Source: Azolla caroliniana
Lineage: Eukaryota > Plantae > Polypodiophyta
Direction: 5' to 3'
Length of the DNA stretch: 64,000 bases
Assembly: GCA_043228905.1 (NCBI GenBank)
Contig: JBHGNT010000015.1
Coordinates: 15,252,001 to 15,316,000, forward strand
Positions 52,219 to 64,000 of this stretch are shown piece by piece (the first letter of the stretch is position 1; every line of letters begins with the position of its first letter). The notes below the pieces were generated by a model, which was not told the DNA's origin, ran no database searches, and saw nothing but the letters and a program-made list of their open reading frames with translations. A program made the translations under genes and the position numbers.

Positions 52219-55200
52219 TGATAAGAAAGATATTTATTATATGAAGAGAATATACAACGGTGGCTAAAAGGCTTAAGACTGGCGTTGAACCAATTTGGTT
52301 CAACATAATGCCTAGTGCCCTCTTTTATAGTGTTTTCAGGAGTAATCCTGAAGCTTCTAGAATGTTCCAGAGAAATCTGGAATATACACTAATTTCCTAT
52401 AATAAAATGTAAATGAAAATAATATCCTACGTATTACAATAGATGTTCTAATGGTCAAGAGCTCGACCCATATAACCTAAGGTCATGGGTTCGAGTCTTG
52501 CCATATCATGACAGCCGCTATACTCAGCACCGTCCGGATGGAGGTCATCTTTACTACCGGATGGAGGTCCACGCCCTTCTTCTGCTGGAACCCCTTCACC
52601 ACGATCCTGGCTTTGTATCTCGGGGGGTTGCCGGCATCTCCCGGTTTCAACTTGTACACCCACTTATTTCGGAGTGCTCGTTTTCCTTTCGGCAACTCCA
52701 CCAATTCGTACGTATGCTTCTCATGCAGGGAACCCATCTCATCCTGCATGGCACTTAACCATTTTCGGCTGTGGGTGTCATCCTTCGCTTCTTCGAAGCT
52801 TTCCGGCTCCCCCTCATCGGTCAACAGAACATACTCTGCATCCGGAAATCTCTGGGGGGGCCTTCTCTCTCTGAGAGGATATCTCCGTCTTCGGGCTTCG
52901 GTAACCGGCTCCTCCATTTGCTCTTCATCCGAATCTGATTTGGGGTCTTGGCTGGTTCCGGTTTCTGCTTCCTCTACTTCTTCTTCAACCTGTTCGGTAT
53001 CCTCACCGTAATCGGCTGGTCCCTCGAGTGCTAACCGGTCTCTTGCCGGTTGGGTCTGCTCATTGTAGAGTCTATCCTTACTAGTCGACTCGGAGTTCAT
53101 TATCTTCTTCTCCGACTCCTAGTCGGCGAGCTTCTTGTCCTCCATAAAGATAATATCTCGACTCCGGAATACCTTCTTGTCGACCGGGTCCCACACTCGG
53201 TAGCCGAACTCATCGTCGCCGTAACCTTAGCTACATGCACATACGTGAGACACCCAAACACCTTTAGGTGCCGGTAGGATACTTCCTTCCCGGTCCACAC
53301 TCTCTGTGGCGTGTCTCCGTCCAAGGGTACTGAGGGTGATCTATTTATCACATATGTCGCCGTCGACAGTGCCTCAGCCCAAAACTTCTTGGGTAGTTTT
53401 GCATGCGCCAGCATACTCCGGACCCTCTCCATTATGGTCCGGTTAATCCTCTCGGCTAGCCCGTTTAGTTCCGGCGTCTTCGACACGGTAAATTCGAGCC
53501 GGATTCCCTTCGAGCGGCAGTACTCCTCGAACTGCCCCCGGTATTCTCCTCTGTTATCTGCTCGAACCGCCTTCAGCATCCGACCGGTTTCTCTTTCCAC
53601 TCTCGCGTGGAGCTCTTTGAAGACGGATAGCACCTGATCCTTTGTCTTCAACGGCTGTGGTCATCTATGAACGTCACGAAGTACTGGGCTCCGGCATGTG
53701 ACTTCGTGTCTACTTGACACACATCCGTATGCACCAACTCTAGTGGTGCATTACGTCTCATCGGTAGCCTTGGTCGGAAGGAGGTCTGGTTTTGCTTACC
53801 AGCCAGACAATCAGTGCACTTCTCCAAGTGCACATTCTTCACTAGAATGAGGTTGTCGTCTGTAAGCCTCTTCATCCGCTTCTCGCTCATATGACATAGC
53901 CTCTTGTGCCACAACTCACCGGCAGTGTCGGATGGCACGTTCACTTCTTCCGGACATAACCGGGCATTCATCAGGTACAACGTGTTTACCTTCCGAGCCC
54001 GAGTCACAATCAGGCTCCCTTTGCTGAACTTCATGACACCATTCCGGATGCTACCCGTGTAGCCTTCATCATCTAGCCGACCGGCTGATATCAGGTTCAG
54101 TCGAACCTCCGGAACGTGTCGGACATCCTTCAACAGCAACTTGCATCCGGTTGGTGTTGACAGCCACACGTCTCCTATGTCGACAATTCGGCATGTACCT
54201 TCATTCCCCATCCGGACACATCCGTGATCACCAGTTGAGTAGGATGAGAAGCATTTCCGGTCCGGGGTAAGGTGGAACGACGCTCCGGAGTGTACCACCC
54301 AGGTCATCTCGTCGCCGGCAAGGTTTATCTCACTCTCCTCGGTGATGAGCATCAACTCTTCTTCACTTGCCGCGATTGCCGTCGTTCCCTTCCGGTCCGA
54401 CCCTCTCCGGTCTTTGCTGTTCTGGTGTGGGGTCTGCTTCGAATCGGTACCGTCGGTCTCCTTATCTTTTCGGAAATGCCAAAAGTTCTTTTGGAAATGT
54501 CCCAGCTTGCCGCAATAGAAGCAAGTAGGTCTCCCCCTTGACTTTGAATGTGTCCCTGACTTTTCCCGGTTCTGGGGACTACGATTTCTTTGTCTTCCGC
54601 GTTCCGATTCGGTAAGTAGCGCTTTGGAGTTGGAGCTCGTGTCTTTATATTTCCGACGCGCCTCCTCATCTAGCAAGCACGACTTTACTCTTGCTAGGGA
54701 TAACCGTTTTCCTTCCGGCCCGGCGTTGCCCAAAGTGACAACCAATGTCTCCCAGCTATCCGGGAGGGAGCCGAGCAGGAGTAGCGCTAGTACCTCATCC
54801 GCGAGAGGTACTTCCAATGAAGTTGCCTGGTGGATCAGCCCCTGGAAGGCATTCATGTGCTCCGCCATGCTGGAGCCATCTTGGTACCAGAGTCTTACTA
54901 GCTTCCGGAATACCGAAACCTGATTAACAACATTTTTGTTTTGAAACATTATGCCGATCTTCTCCCAGAGCTCATGAGCCTTGCTCTCTTCATTGAAGTT
55001 GTTGTATGGGCTTATGTCGATGAAGCATCGTATGTACGCCGTTGTCTTCATGTGCATCACCTCCCATATCGCGGCGTCGATTTTGTCCGGTCTCTTGTCC
55101 CCGAACTAAACCGGCAGCTAGAGGTCTTTAACCACGAGCATGTCCCTCATCTTCGACTTCCACACCGAATAGTTGGAGCCGGTGAGTTTGAACATGCCTC

Positions 55201-56235
55201 CCAACGAATCATCCATTTTCTGTGTCGTTTTGCTCTGATACCACTTGACAAGAACTCAAACGCTCCTTATGCACAACGCTCGGCCACAACCGAGCTTAGA
55301 ATCATACACAGAAAACGGGAAATAAAACACGACACGAAGAAGAAACGAGTACACAAGATGTTTACGTGGAAAACCCAAAGAGGGAAAAACCACGGCAGCC
55401 CACAGGCTGCAAACTATCACTATGCTAGAATGTACAACAGTGAGTTCACGGAGGCAACGACCTCGTGCTCACGATCCTCGCCACAGGCGGCGGTTACAAC
55501 AGAGGCAACGACCTCTTTCTCTCTCTCTCTCTGTACACTGTTACGCGTTGTCGAGGTATTCCTCGCGGATGCGTGGAATGAGGTGGGACCTCGGGGGTCT
55601 TGTACCAAAGAGCAAGAGAGAAAGGAGAAGGGAAGGGACCCACTACGTGCGAGCGTAGATCCACAGGGACACGGCCCTTCGACACGAAGACGCGAGCGGG
55701 GAAACCAACACAGAGAGGCACGAAGGTATGTATGTATATATATTAACAGAGACAAACAACAAGAAGCACGAAGTCGGTTACAACCGAACAGGTCGGCGAA
55801 CAGATGCCGATGCCTGTTCGCAAACGCTCAGAAAGAAAAGGGGTAGGTTGGAGGTGCTGCCGGAAGCACTCGGGCATTCCTCGGAGCAACGCGAGCCTCC
55901 CGAAAACCTGCACAGAAAGAAGCTACGGAGTATTGGGAGAGAGAGAGCGCCTTTTCCCCCCCGCAACAACACTTCGTCCTCCTCTTTTATAGGCAAGGAA
56001 GGAGCCGTTTCCCATTAACTTCCTACCTACCGAATCTACCTACCTAGGATCTTCTATGTACCTAATTCTCTCTTATGTACAACATAAGACGTACGTGCAT
56101 GAAGAACCGGTTCCTACGCTCCGGTGCACCGATTCCGCTTGTGGACGGTTTTCTTCACGACATCCGCCCCCACCTAACCGTGCATCCACCGACATGCGCC
56201 AAATTGAGTTAGGAGGGAGAAAACCGGTCTAGCCT

Positions 56236-58872
56236 TCATTCCCCGCCTGTCGGTTCTTCCTCGGTTTCGAATCGTTCGTCGTCGCGGTCCAGGTTAACCG
56301 GATCCGGCTCGTCGTCGTGACGCTTCTTGAACGCTTTGATCCGCTTCCTAGCTACCGGTATCGCCATTCTCGTGCCGTCGAGTTCCGCCAGATGGTACGT
56401 CCCGTTGTCGTTGGCGCTTTGTACCACATAAGGCCCGAACCACCTTCTTGCGAACTTCCGTGTCGCTCGATGCTGGTTGTCGAGGCTGCTGTCGTAGACT
56501 ATCACCCAGTCGCCTTCCTCGATCTTCTTTGGTCGGAGCCGGTGCGTCCGGTCGAACCAAGCTTTGTTCCTCGTCCTTGCCACCCGAAGCTTTCCCGCAG
56601 CCTGCTCCACGTCCTCCGGTCTTCGCTCGAGCTGTTGTATGCGCGCCGCCAACAGTTCCTCTCGGCTCATCTTGTCTTTCCAGTCCACGGTTGCCGATGA
56701 GGAGATCGTACGTTCCATCGACATGATCGGCTTCTGCCCAAACATGAGCTCTGCCGGCATGAATCCGGTTACCGAACTGTGCGTAGTTCGGTCAGTCCAC
56801 AACGCGTAAGGCAGCAGCCGCGGCCAGTTCCCGACTTGCCCTCCGCATGCCGGAACTAACGCCTTGACGATCGGTCCGTGTCCGCGCTCCACCTTCCCAT
56901 TCGCCTCCGGATTGTACGCAGTGGTAAGCGAGAGTTTGACTCCTAGCCGGTCGAACAGCTCCTCGGCCTCTTCGGCGTCCAACTCCCTGCGATCAGCCAC
57001 GATCTTCCCGACGCACCCGTACCGGCACATCACGTCCTCGATCAGGAACCGACATACGGCCGCGGTCGTTTTGTTCTGAAGGGCTCGGCCTTCTACCTGG
57101 TTCATCAGATCTTCCCGAGCCAGGACCAGATACCGCATTTGTCCTACTCCCATCGGCATCGTCACCAGATCTACCACCCATTTGAAGTGGATGGTCGGAG
57201 GGTACGTAGGGTGAAGCTCGTCCCGATGTCGGACTATGGAGTGCATCTGACAGCTCTCGCAAGTTGTCACGAACCGATGCACGTCCCGATACAGTCCCGA
57301 CCACCAGTACTTCCCCTTTATCTTCTCGAACGTGGCCCACGTCCCACGGTGTCCAGCCCAAGGGCTGTCGTAGTAGGCCGTCAGCAGCTCCTCCTGTTCT
57401 TCCTTCATCGCCACCACCCGGAGCGGGACGCCGTTCCTCTTCTTCGGGTGCTTCCATAAGTATCCGTCCCGGAGAACGAATCGGTATGCTTTCTTCCGGA
57501 TCCGGTTGGCCTCGTCCCTCGTCCATGACGCATCCGGCGTCATTGTCCTCAAAAACCCACCGATCTGTAGCCACTCGCCGTCGTACTTGCTCTCGTCGAA
57601 GCCGTTAAGTGCCGGAGTGCTCGCCCCATCGGTCGTCACGTACGCCGCCTCGAAGAAGTCCACGCCGACTTCTTCGTCCTCCGAAACCATGCCGCCCTCG
57701 TCATCAAACCTCGCCCTCGAAAGCATGTCGGCCATGGCGTTGTCCTTTCCGGAAATGTGTCGTATTTCCGGGTCCAGGGACTTGATGTACGCTATCCACC
57801 TGAGCATCGCCAGGTCCGGTGTCGCGCATCCGGAAACCATGCCGAGAATTGGCAGGCAATCTGTCTCGATAATCACTTCTGTCCCGATCAGGTAGTCTTT
57901 GTCGGCCTTTACCGCCGAAACGATACCCCAGAGTTCGCGTTTAACCTGGTCGTACCCTCGCTGTCGCTCACTGAGGACCTTTGCGCCGAATCGGATCGGG
58001 AACCGAGTGCCGTCCTCGTCTTCTTGGTTGACGACCCATCCGATCCCGATCGGACTCGTATCCACCGTTATGTATACCAGGGTACCCTTCTCGTAGACAG
58101 CCTTCCGGAGCGCCGGTGCTGCCGCAAGAGCTTCCTTCAGCTTCCGGACCGACTCCGTGTGCTCGTCTCGCCACTCGAATTTTCGCCCCTTCTTCAGCAA
58201 CCCGTATAGCAGCTCCGCAACGTGGGCGTAATGCGGGATCCATATGTGGTAGAATGTGCATGCCCCCAGGAACCTCCGAACTTCCGTAACCGAGCTACAG
58301 TCGGTTTTCATCGCGGAGATGGCTTCTACTTTTGCCGGGAACGGCTTCCGGCCATATGGTCCACATAGGTGTCCGACCACCAGGATTTCCGATTGCCCGA
58401 AGGCCGATTTCTCCCCGGAGAAGGTGAGCCTCGCAACCTCTAGCCTTTGTAGCACCTTCTCGCAGTCGTCGATGTGTGTTGCCACGAATCGCCGACATCC
58501 GTCCGGCCCGAGTGTCTCGTCCTTCTCTTCCACCGGGTACCCCTTGATCGGGATATCGTCTAGAAACGACATGGTGATGTCCGGGATGCAATCCCTCAGT
58601 ACTTTGTTCATTGCATTCACCATGTGGGCCACCGAGTTGGTCCCTCCTTGTGGCAGGGTACACATTCGCACTAGGCCGAGGGGAGTTCGCATCGTCGTAA
58701 TGTCTCTACTCTCCACGGCTAGCTGGAACTGGTCGTACCCTGAGTACAGATCACCGACCGAGTAAATCGACCTTCCGGCGAAGGCCTCCGTGAACTCGTC
58801 TATGGTCGGTCCAATTCCTGCGTTCCGAATGGTCACTCTGTTGACCGGCTGCAGGTCTTGAATGAAGCGCAA
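56236..58872 (-). CDS. K RT-RNase H-integrase
   Basis: DLYSGYDQF, LPQGGTNSVA, FLDD, RELWG, GHRG...CESCQ, YNPEANGKVERGH, WFGPY. A frameshift lies just upstream at ~58910. Confidence 0.9.
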   Translation of the reverse strand: MRFIQDLQPVNRVTIRNAGIGPTIDEFTEAFAGRSIYSVGDLYSGYDQFQLAVESRDITTMRTPLGLVRMCTLPQGGTNSVAHMVNAMNKVLRDCIPDITMSFLDDIPIKGYPVEEKDETLGPDGCRRFVATHIDDCEKVLQRLEVARLTFSGEKSAFGQSEILVVGHLCGPYGRKPFPAKVEAISAMKTDCSSVTEVRRFLGACTFYHIWIPHYAHVAELLYGLLKKGRKFEWRDEHTESVRKLKEALAAAPALRKAVYEKGTLVYITVDTSPIGIGWVVNQEDEDGTRFPIRFGAKVLSERQRGYDQVKRELWGIVSAVKADKDYLIGTEVIIETDCLPILGMVSGCATPDLAMLRWIAYIKSLDPEIRHISGKDNAMADMLSRARFDDEGGMVSEDEEVGVDFFEAAYVTTDGASTPALNGFDESKYDGEWLQIGGFLRTMTPDASWTRDEANRIRKKAYRFVLRDGYLWKHPKKRNGVPLRVVAMKEEQEELLTAYYDSPWAGHRGTWATFEKIKGKYWWSGLYRDVHRFVTTCESCQMHSIVRHRDELHPTYPPTIHFKWVVDLVTMPMGVGQMRYLVLAREDLMNQVEGRALQNKTTAAVCRFLIEDVMCRYGCVGKIVADRRELDAEEAEELFDRLGVKLSLTTAYNPEANGKVERGHGPIVKALVPACGGQVGNWPRLLPYALWTDRTTHSSVTGFMPAELMFGQKPIMSMERTISSSATVDWKDKMSREELLAARIQQLERRPEDVEQAAGKLRVARTRNKAWFDRTHRLRPKKIEEGDWVIVYDSSLDNQHRATRKFARRWFGPYVVQSANDNGTYHLAELDGTRMAIPVARKRIKAFKKRHDDEPDPVNLDRDDERFETEEEPTGGE

Positions 58873-59230
58873 TGTTCCGTTTTTCTTTGGTACGGTAAAC
58901 CATCGGTTCGATATGGGGCTACCGTCCGGTCTTCGTTAAGGTCTTCTCCGGCTACCTTCCTTAGCATCCCCAAGGTGTCGTCGAAGGAGACCGCCTCCAC
59001 GGCTCCGCTGATTTCCTCGTCCGGGCCGGGAACTCCGCACACTCGAAGCCGCACTTCCGCCCTTGCCTTTTCTCGGCCAACGATGCCGACTATCATACAC
59101 CCTCCATTGTTGGAGAAGCAAAATTTTTTACTTATCGTACAGGGTTTCTTCGGTTTCGGTTCTATCGTACAGCTGTGGGGTCTTTCCCGAGTGTCCGGAC
59201 TGTCTCGGCCCCACGCCTTGGCAGCCCTCT

Positions 59231-61381
59231 CTAAAAATCCTCCCGGTTCCCGCCACCGAGGGATTCGCGGTTTCGCTCGTGGTTCGGTCGCACCGTCAGA
59301 AATTGGACCGAATGGCGCCCATCCTGGCTTTTGACCCTCGTGTAGGCCGAACCGTTGTCTAGCACCTTGGTCTCCATCCGCGCCGCCGTGATGTATGGTT
59401 CCCCTAATATGACCGGGTGCGAGGACGTCTCCTGTACTAAGAAGTGCTGGTCAATCTCGACGTCGCCGATCTTGACTCGCACGTTCGGGCAGGCCCCGTG
59501 CAGTTCCTCGGTGGCGCGCGTCGCCGCCCATATCTTCCACCCGTGCTTGGTGTTGATCGGTCACTTTCCCTTCTTATAGAAGTCCATGGACATCAGGTTT
59601 ATTTCCGAACCGTGGTCCACCAATGCCACCACCGGTTCCTGAACATCTCCGATCTTTACCGGGGTCTCCATGGTCGCTCGAGCCCAGTGTGGCCTCGAAT
59701 AGTGTCTCTCCGCCCACTCATCTTCCAGCGCCAAGTCGTCGATGTGCGTCGTTCGCACCTCCACCGGTCTTTCCGGTTCCGTCTCCGTCGACAGCCTCTT
59801 CCGCTTCACCAAGTCCACAATGGAGTCGTGGAACTCCTTAGCGATCCCTAGCACTTCCCGCAATGACAGCTCCACTTTGCTGTCGAGGATCCGTTCTTCT
59901 AAGACCTTTCGTAGGTCCGTGGTCCTTTCTATTTCCGTCCCCAGTCGGTATCCGCCCTTCCTGGGGTTATCTTGTGCGCTAGTCCCACCGGCATCGTTCC
60001 GTCGTTGCCCGAATCGGGTCTCGTATCGTTGTGAGGGCCTGGCCGCTCCGGCTTTCCCCACTCGTTTGTCTTCTACCAGAGCCTCGTAGTTCTGGCAAGG
60101 TGCTTCGACGAAACCCGTCTTCTCCTCGACCAGGTTGCTCCACCCGGTTATTTCCCAGACCCGTCTCTCAGCGCGGTCTGCTTCATCTTTCCTCAGTCGT
60201 GCGCCGGCGAGGCCTTCCAGCATTGCCGACCAGAATCCGTCTTTGCTCTCCTTTCGGGCCTCGCTGCCCCCGACACGAATACCGGCCGACGCCGAGTAGT
60301 GGATGGCCTCCATGTGTCGGGCCGTTGCCTCTTCCATCAGTCTCTTCATACCTCCTCGCTCGTCGTTCCGGTTTAGGGCCCTTCTGGTATCGCCGGTGTG
60401 CACCTGGCCTTCCCATAGGTACACCACCCGGTTCCTCAATTCCTCTGCGAAATCGCCGCAGTCCTTCCGAATGTGGCCGACCTCGTCGCACCACATGCAC
60501 CTGTTCCCTGCTGCCGACCGTCGGTCACGAGCCAGTTCGCCGCCTTCCCTTCGAGTCTGGGCGATCTGGAGATCCTTTATCGCTCGCGTCAACTCCTCCA
60601 GCGCTGCTCCTCCGGATGAGTCATTGACCATGCTGGTCGGAGCCGAACCGGTTTCGAGCCACTCCCGGGTCTCTGCCCTTCGCCCTTGTGGTGCCGGTTC
60701 AAGCCTCCTTATTGTGACAGAGCCCGCTCCGGTCGCCCCGTTGTCAGCCCATTCTCGCCGTTTGTCGAAACGGCCACAGACTCTCTTAACTGCAGCCCAG
60801 TCGGTTGTCAGCCCGTCTTCGGTTTCTAGCAAGGAGCCGAATTGATCCCGGTCCCGCTCGTCCACCAACTTGACGAACAGTAGGACCCGGCTCGTATCCA
60901 GAATGGTTCGGTCAAGCGCCGAAAGGCGCGCAAAGCGTTCCTCAAACTCTCGGAGGAGTGCCGATGCGTTTCTTCCCTTGTCGGGGGACTCCACCCATCC
61001 CATGAAGTCCCGTTTCGAAAGCCGGAGTGCGTCGTCCAGCTCGTATTTTTCTAGGAGTCGGCCTTCGAACTCCTCCCAGGTACGACTCTCTGCCCGTACC
61101 TTGAGCACCTCCGCATGGATGCTCGGCATCGCCACTCGAGGGAACCCGGCAAGACGCCTCTCTTCCGGAATTTCCCGCATCAGCATTTCTGCCCTGTAGG
61201 ACGCCAAATACTTCGTAGCATCCTTTCTGCTGAACCGGCCGATTGTACCGACGACCACCTCAATAGCTCTGTCGATGGCGTCGGTGCCTTCGCGTGCGCT
61301 CAATATCCGATCCACGGCCAAAGCCATGGCCTCCGCAAGATCCGACCCCTTCATCTTCTGCTCTTCTGCCACCTCCTTCAC
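59231..61381 (-). pseudogene. K gag-protease ORF with one premature stop
   Basis: 606-aa ORF stops at 59563-59561 (probably TGG>TGA) and continues in frame to ...GGNREDF* at 59231. Confidence 0.8.
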
Positions 61382-64000
61382 GTCGGGTTCACCAAGATGT
61401 CAAGGTATTCCTCGCGGATGCGTGGAATGAGGCGGGACCTCGGGGGTCTTGTACCAAAGAGCAAGAGAGAAAGGAGAAGGGAAGGGACCCACTACGTGTG
61501 AGCGTAGATCCACAGGGACACGGCCCTTCGACACGAAGACGCGAGCGGGGAAACCAACACAGAGAGGCACGAAGGTATGTATGTATATATATTAACAGAG
61601 ACAAACAACAAGAAGCACGAAGTCGGTTACAACCGAACAGGCCGGCGAACAGATGTCGATGCCTGTTCGCAAACACTCAGAAAGAAAAGGGGTAGGTTGG
61701 AGGTGCTGCCAGAAGCACTCGGGCATTCCTCAGAGCAGCGCGAGCCTCCCGAAAACCTGCACAGAAAGAAGCTACGGAGTATTGGGAGAGAGAGAGCGCC
61801 TTTTCCCCCCCGCAACAGCACTTCGTCCTCCTCTTTTATAGGCAAGGAAGGAGCCGTTTCCCATTAACTTCCTACCTACCGAATCTACCTACCTAGGATC
61901 TTCTATGTACCTAATTCTCTCTTATGCACAACATAAGACGTACGTGCATGAAGAACCGGTTCCTACGCTCCGGTGCACCGATTCCGCTTGTGGACGGTTT
62001 TCTTCACGACAACGCTCTCTCTATTCTTGCACCAACAAGAATCACAACAACTACAAGTTTGCCCTAAGTCATATTTATACTAATATGACTTTTCAGCTAT
62101 TTACAAATATAGCCTCGATGGACTCTCAGAAACATATTTACGAATATGTCTCTTCATTCGGTGAGCATTCCTCACCGGGTTTGCACCATCCGGCTCTCCG
62201 TAGCCGGGTACTCCTCATCCGGTTCTCACCGGGTCTGCACCATCCGGCTCTCCGTAGCCGGGTACTCTAGTTTGCACCATCTAGCTCTCTGTAGCCGGAT
62301 ACTCCTCATCCGGTCTTCACCGGGTCTGCACCATCCGGCTCTCTGTAGGCGGGTACTCCTCATCCGGTCTTCACCGGTTCTGCACCATCCGGCTCTCCGT
62401 AGCCGAGTACTCCTCATCCGGTTCTCACCGGCCTCGGCCGAGTTTGCTTATCAACACTGTTCTTCTCCCTTCCCATCTGGAGGGACCTGTCTCCCAACAC
62501 AATATGAATGCTCTAGGGGGCTTACACCCCTTTGTATCTACCTCCTCTTGTACTATTTAACCCCTTATGGGGAATGAATGAAATATGAATGAACCATTTT
62601 TCTCTCTTAATCTCTCTCTCTCTCTTGTCATGTCTCTCTCCCTCTCTCTCTCCCCTTTAACGTTGAACCCCTTGGGAGGGGGGTGGAGCCATTCTAGGCA
62701 CCACCCCCCACCCCACAATGCTTCTCAATGCACATGATCTCTCTCGCCATCAATCCCATACTCTCCATCATCATGATAACCACCATGTCTATCTTTATCA
62801 TGATTATCATCGTCCTTAACCCTAACCCTAAAACTTATAACACCTTTTGGCGACCACTAAGGCGACCCCCCTTTGGAGACAGAGTCGAAGAATGATACGT
62901 GGCGATGCAAGTCAATAATGACAAAATATGCAAGAAATGGTGATGGTGATTGAAAGCCGTCGAGGAATGCAACAAGGTGATGTTGTGCGCAAGGAAGATG
63001 AAGAATGTTACGTGGTGATGATCTGCAAGAAATGGAATTGACAACAATATGCAAAAAATGGCGACCATGATGTGCATGAGAAGCAAGAAATGACAGATTG
63101 ATTATCCATACCATGATTCTGATACAAATTAATGTCTATACAAGTGTATTTTGTTTGACATGTGATTGGTCTTTTTGGTGTGGATCTGATCGCAAAGAAA
63201 GATGAAAAAAGCAAGGGAGAAATAAAGCCTATGATCTATGTGAGACCCAACCACCACATGATGTATCTTCCAAAGATGCGAGAGTGCATTTCTATCCACA
63301 TATGACCGGACACACATGGCTAGAAAGCAAACGATTGGACCAAAGGGAATTGTTGGAACAAAGATGGAGAAGGCAATTAAGAAAGCGGAAGAAATACAAA
63401 CCGACGCGGAAAGACACGACTAGTCAGATGGCCGGGAACAAGGAACCAGAAGTACAACCAAATGGGCAAAACTCGCCGGAATGGCCAGACAACGGGCAAG
63501 AGTGGCCGGAGTGACCGGATAGCAGCCGAAGTGTCTAAGTGGCTAGACAACAGTCGGAGCGACCGTAGAGAGGTCGGAATGGCCGAATAACGGCCAGACA
63601 ACGGCTGAAGAGCAACCGGGCAACAGTTTGAGCGGTTGGAGAGCGGTCGGAATAACCGGATGCAGACAGGCGGCCGGGACGACGAACCGGATGCACGACC
63701 GAAAGACGACGGACAACAACCGAACTGACTGCCGGAAAACCGACGGAGAGCAGGTCGACGAGCAGAGGAATAAATGGCTCGAAACGACACAGAAGAAGAA
63801 GAAGAAGAAGAAACAGAGGGGAGAAAGAGATAACAAGATGAGCATGATTTAAGACAAATAGACAGAGATCAAATAGATTGGAAGAGGATGAAGAGGAAGA
63901 TAGAAGCCTTTCTCTTGAAGAGAAGAAAGCTAACGAATCGCAAGAAGGCGGGAAGAAGAGAAAGATGCAGACAACGGCAAGAGAGAAACGTAAGAAGCAG

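Larger units (their letters stand above)
46835..52513 (-). mobile_element. Full-length young chromovirus J (Tcn1/sushi-like Ty3/Gypsy)
   Basis: TSD gccgc at 46830-46834 and 52514-52518. LTRs 46835-47274 and 52076-52513 are nearly identical. PPT aaaggggggatag. Gag, and pol ending in a chromodomain. Confidence 0.96.
55549..62011 (-). mobile_element. Full-length Gypsy element K inserted in the 5' LTR of I
   Basis: 614-bp LTRs at 55549-56162 and 61398-62011 (tg...ca). PPT ggtgggggcgga, PBS at 61377-61394. Gag knuckle CMWCDEVGHIRKDC, protease VDHGSEIN, RT-RH-INT ORF 56236-58872. Confidence 0.95.
44735..62499 (-). mobile_element. Full-length Copia element I hosting J and K
   Basis: TSD caata at 44730-44734 and 62500-62504. 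3' LTR 44735-45522, PPT tactcccccttc (+) at 45523. RT LLLYVDDML, RNase H, integrase and gag-PR ORF 53648-55060. PBS gctctgatacca (+) at 55232-55243. 5' LTR 55246-62499 is split by K. Confidence 0.95.
44555..64000. mobile_element. Element H (probable long LTR): 44555-44734 plus 62505 to window end, split by I
   Basis: Starts tgttacctcg exactly where the G 3' LTR stops, 12 bp short of its end. Its two halves are joined by the CAATA TSD of I. Noncoding within the window. Confidence 0.55.

Noticed and set aside
54941-55846. 301-aa plus-strand ORF
   Set aside because: Spans antisense gag, the I LTR and the K LTR junction; a chance chimeric frame.
62816-62832. Telomeric repeat
   Set aside because: Only two taaccc units inside a TE; at most a telo-box-like motif.

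Overview
Eukaryotic plant nuclear DNA. The GT/GC-AG introns, ribosomal protein L15 and receptor-like kinase show this directly; the RTE-X-type LINE and Tcn1-like chromovirus suggest a non-seed land plant such as a fern, which is inference. The left ~20 kb is genic: a multi-exon coiled-coil gene (-), a complete 204-aa RPL15 (+) with a GC-AG intron, a hAT-type MITE, and an intronless SOBIR1/CORYNE-like receptor kinase (-) with an intact kinase but no LRR ectodomain. Just upstream of the kinase, a 5'-truncated LINE sits in a (GA)n tract. One 176-bp piece of its own ORF2 has been amplified ~12.3 times into a nucleosome-sized satellite with an apparent 3-mer higher-order pattern. From 24.5 kb to the end is a deep nest of at least 11 LTR retrotransposon units (A-K). 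It includes a complete Copia (I, TSD CAATA) holding two complete Gypsy elements. One is a very young chromovirus (J) with a Tf1-like self-priming signature and a -1 frameshift signal. The other is an unusual Gypsy (K) with a tRNA-Trp PBS, an apparent 4-bp TSD and a gag-pro/-1/RT-RH-IN layout. All calls come from reading the sequence by eye; no database searches were run.
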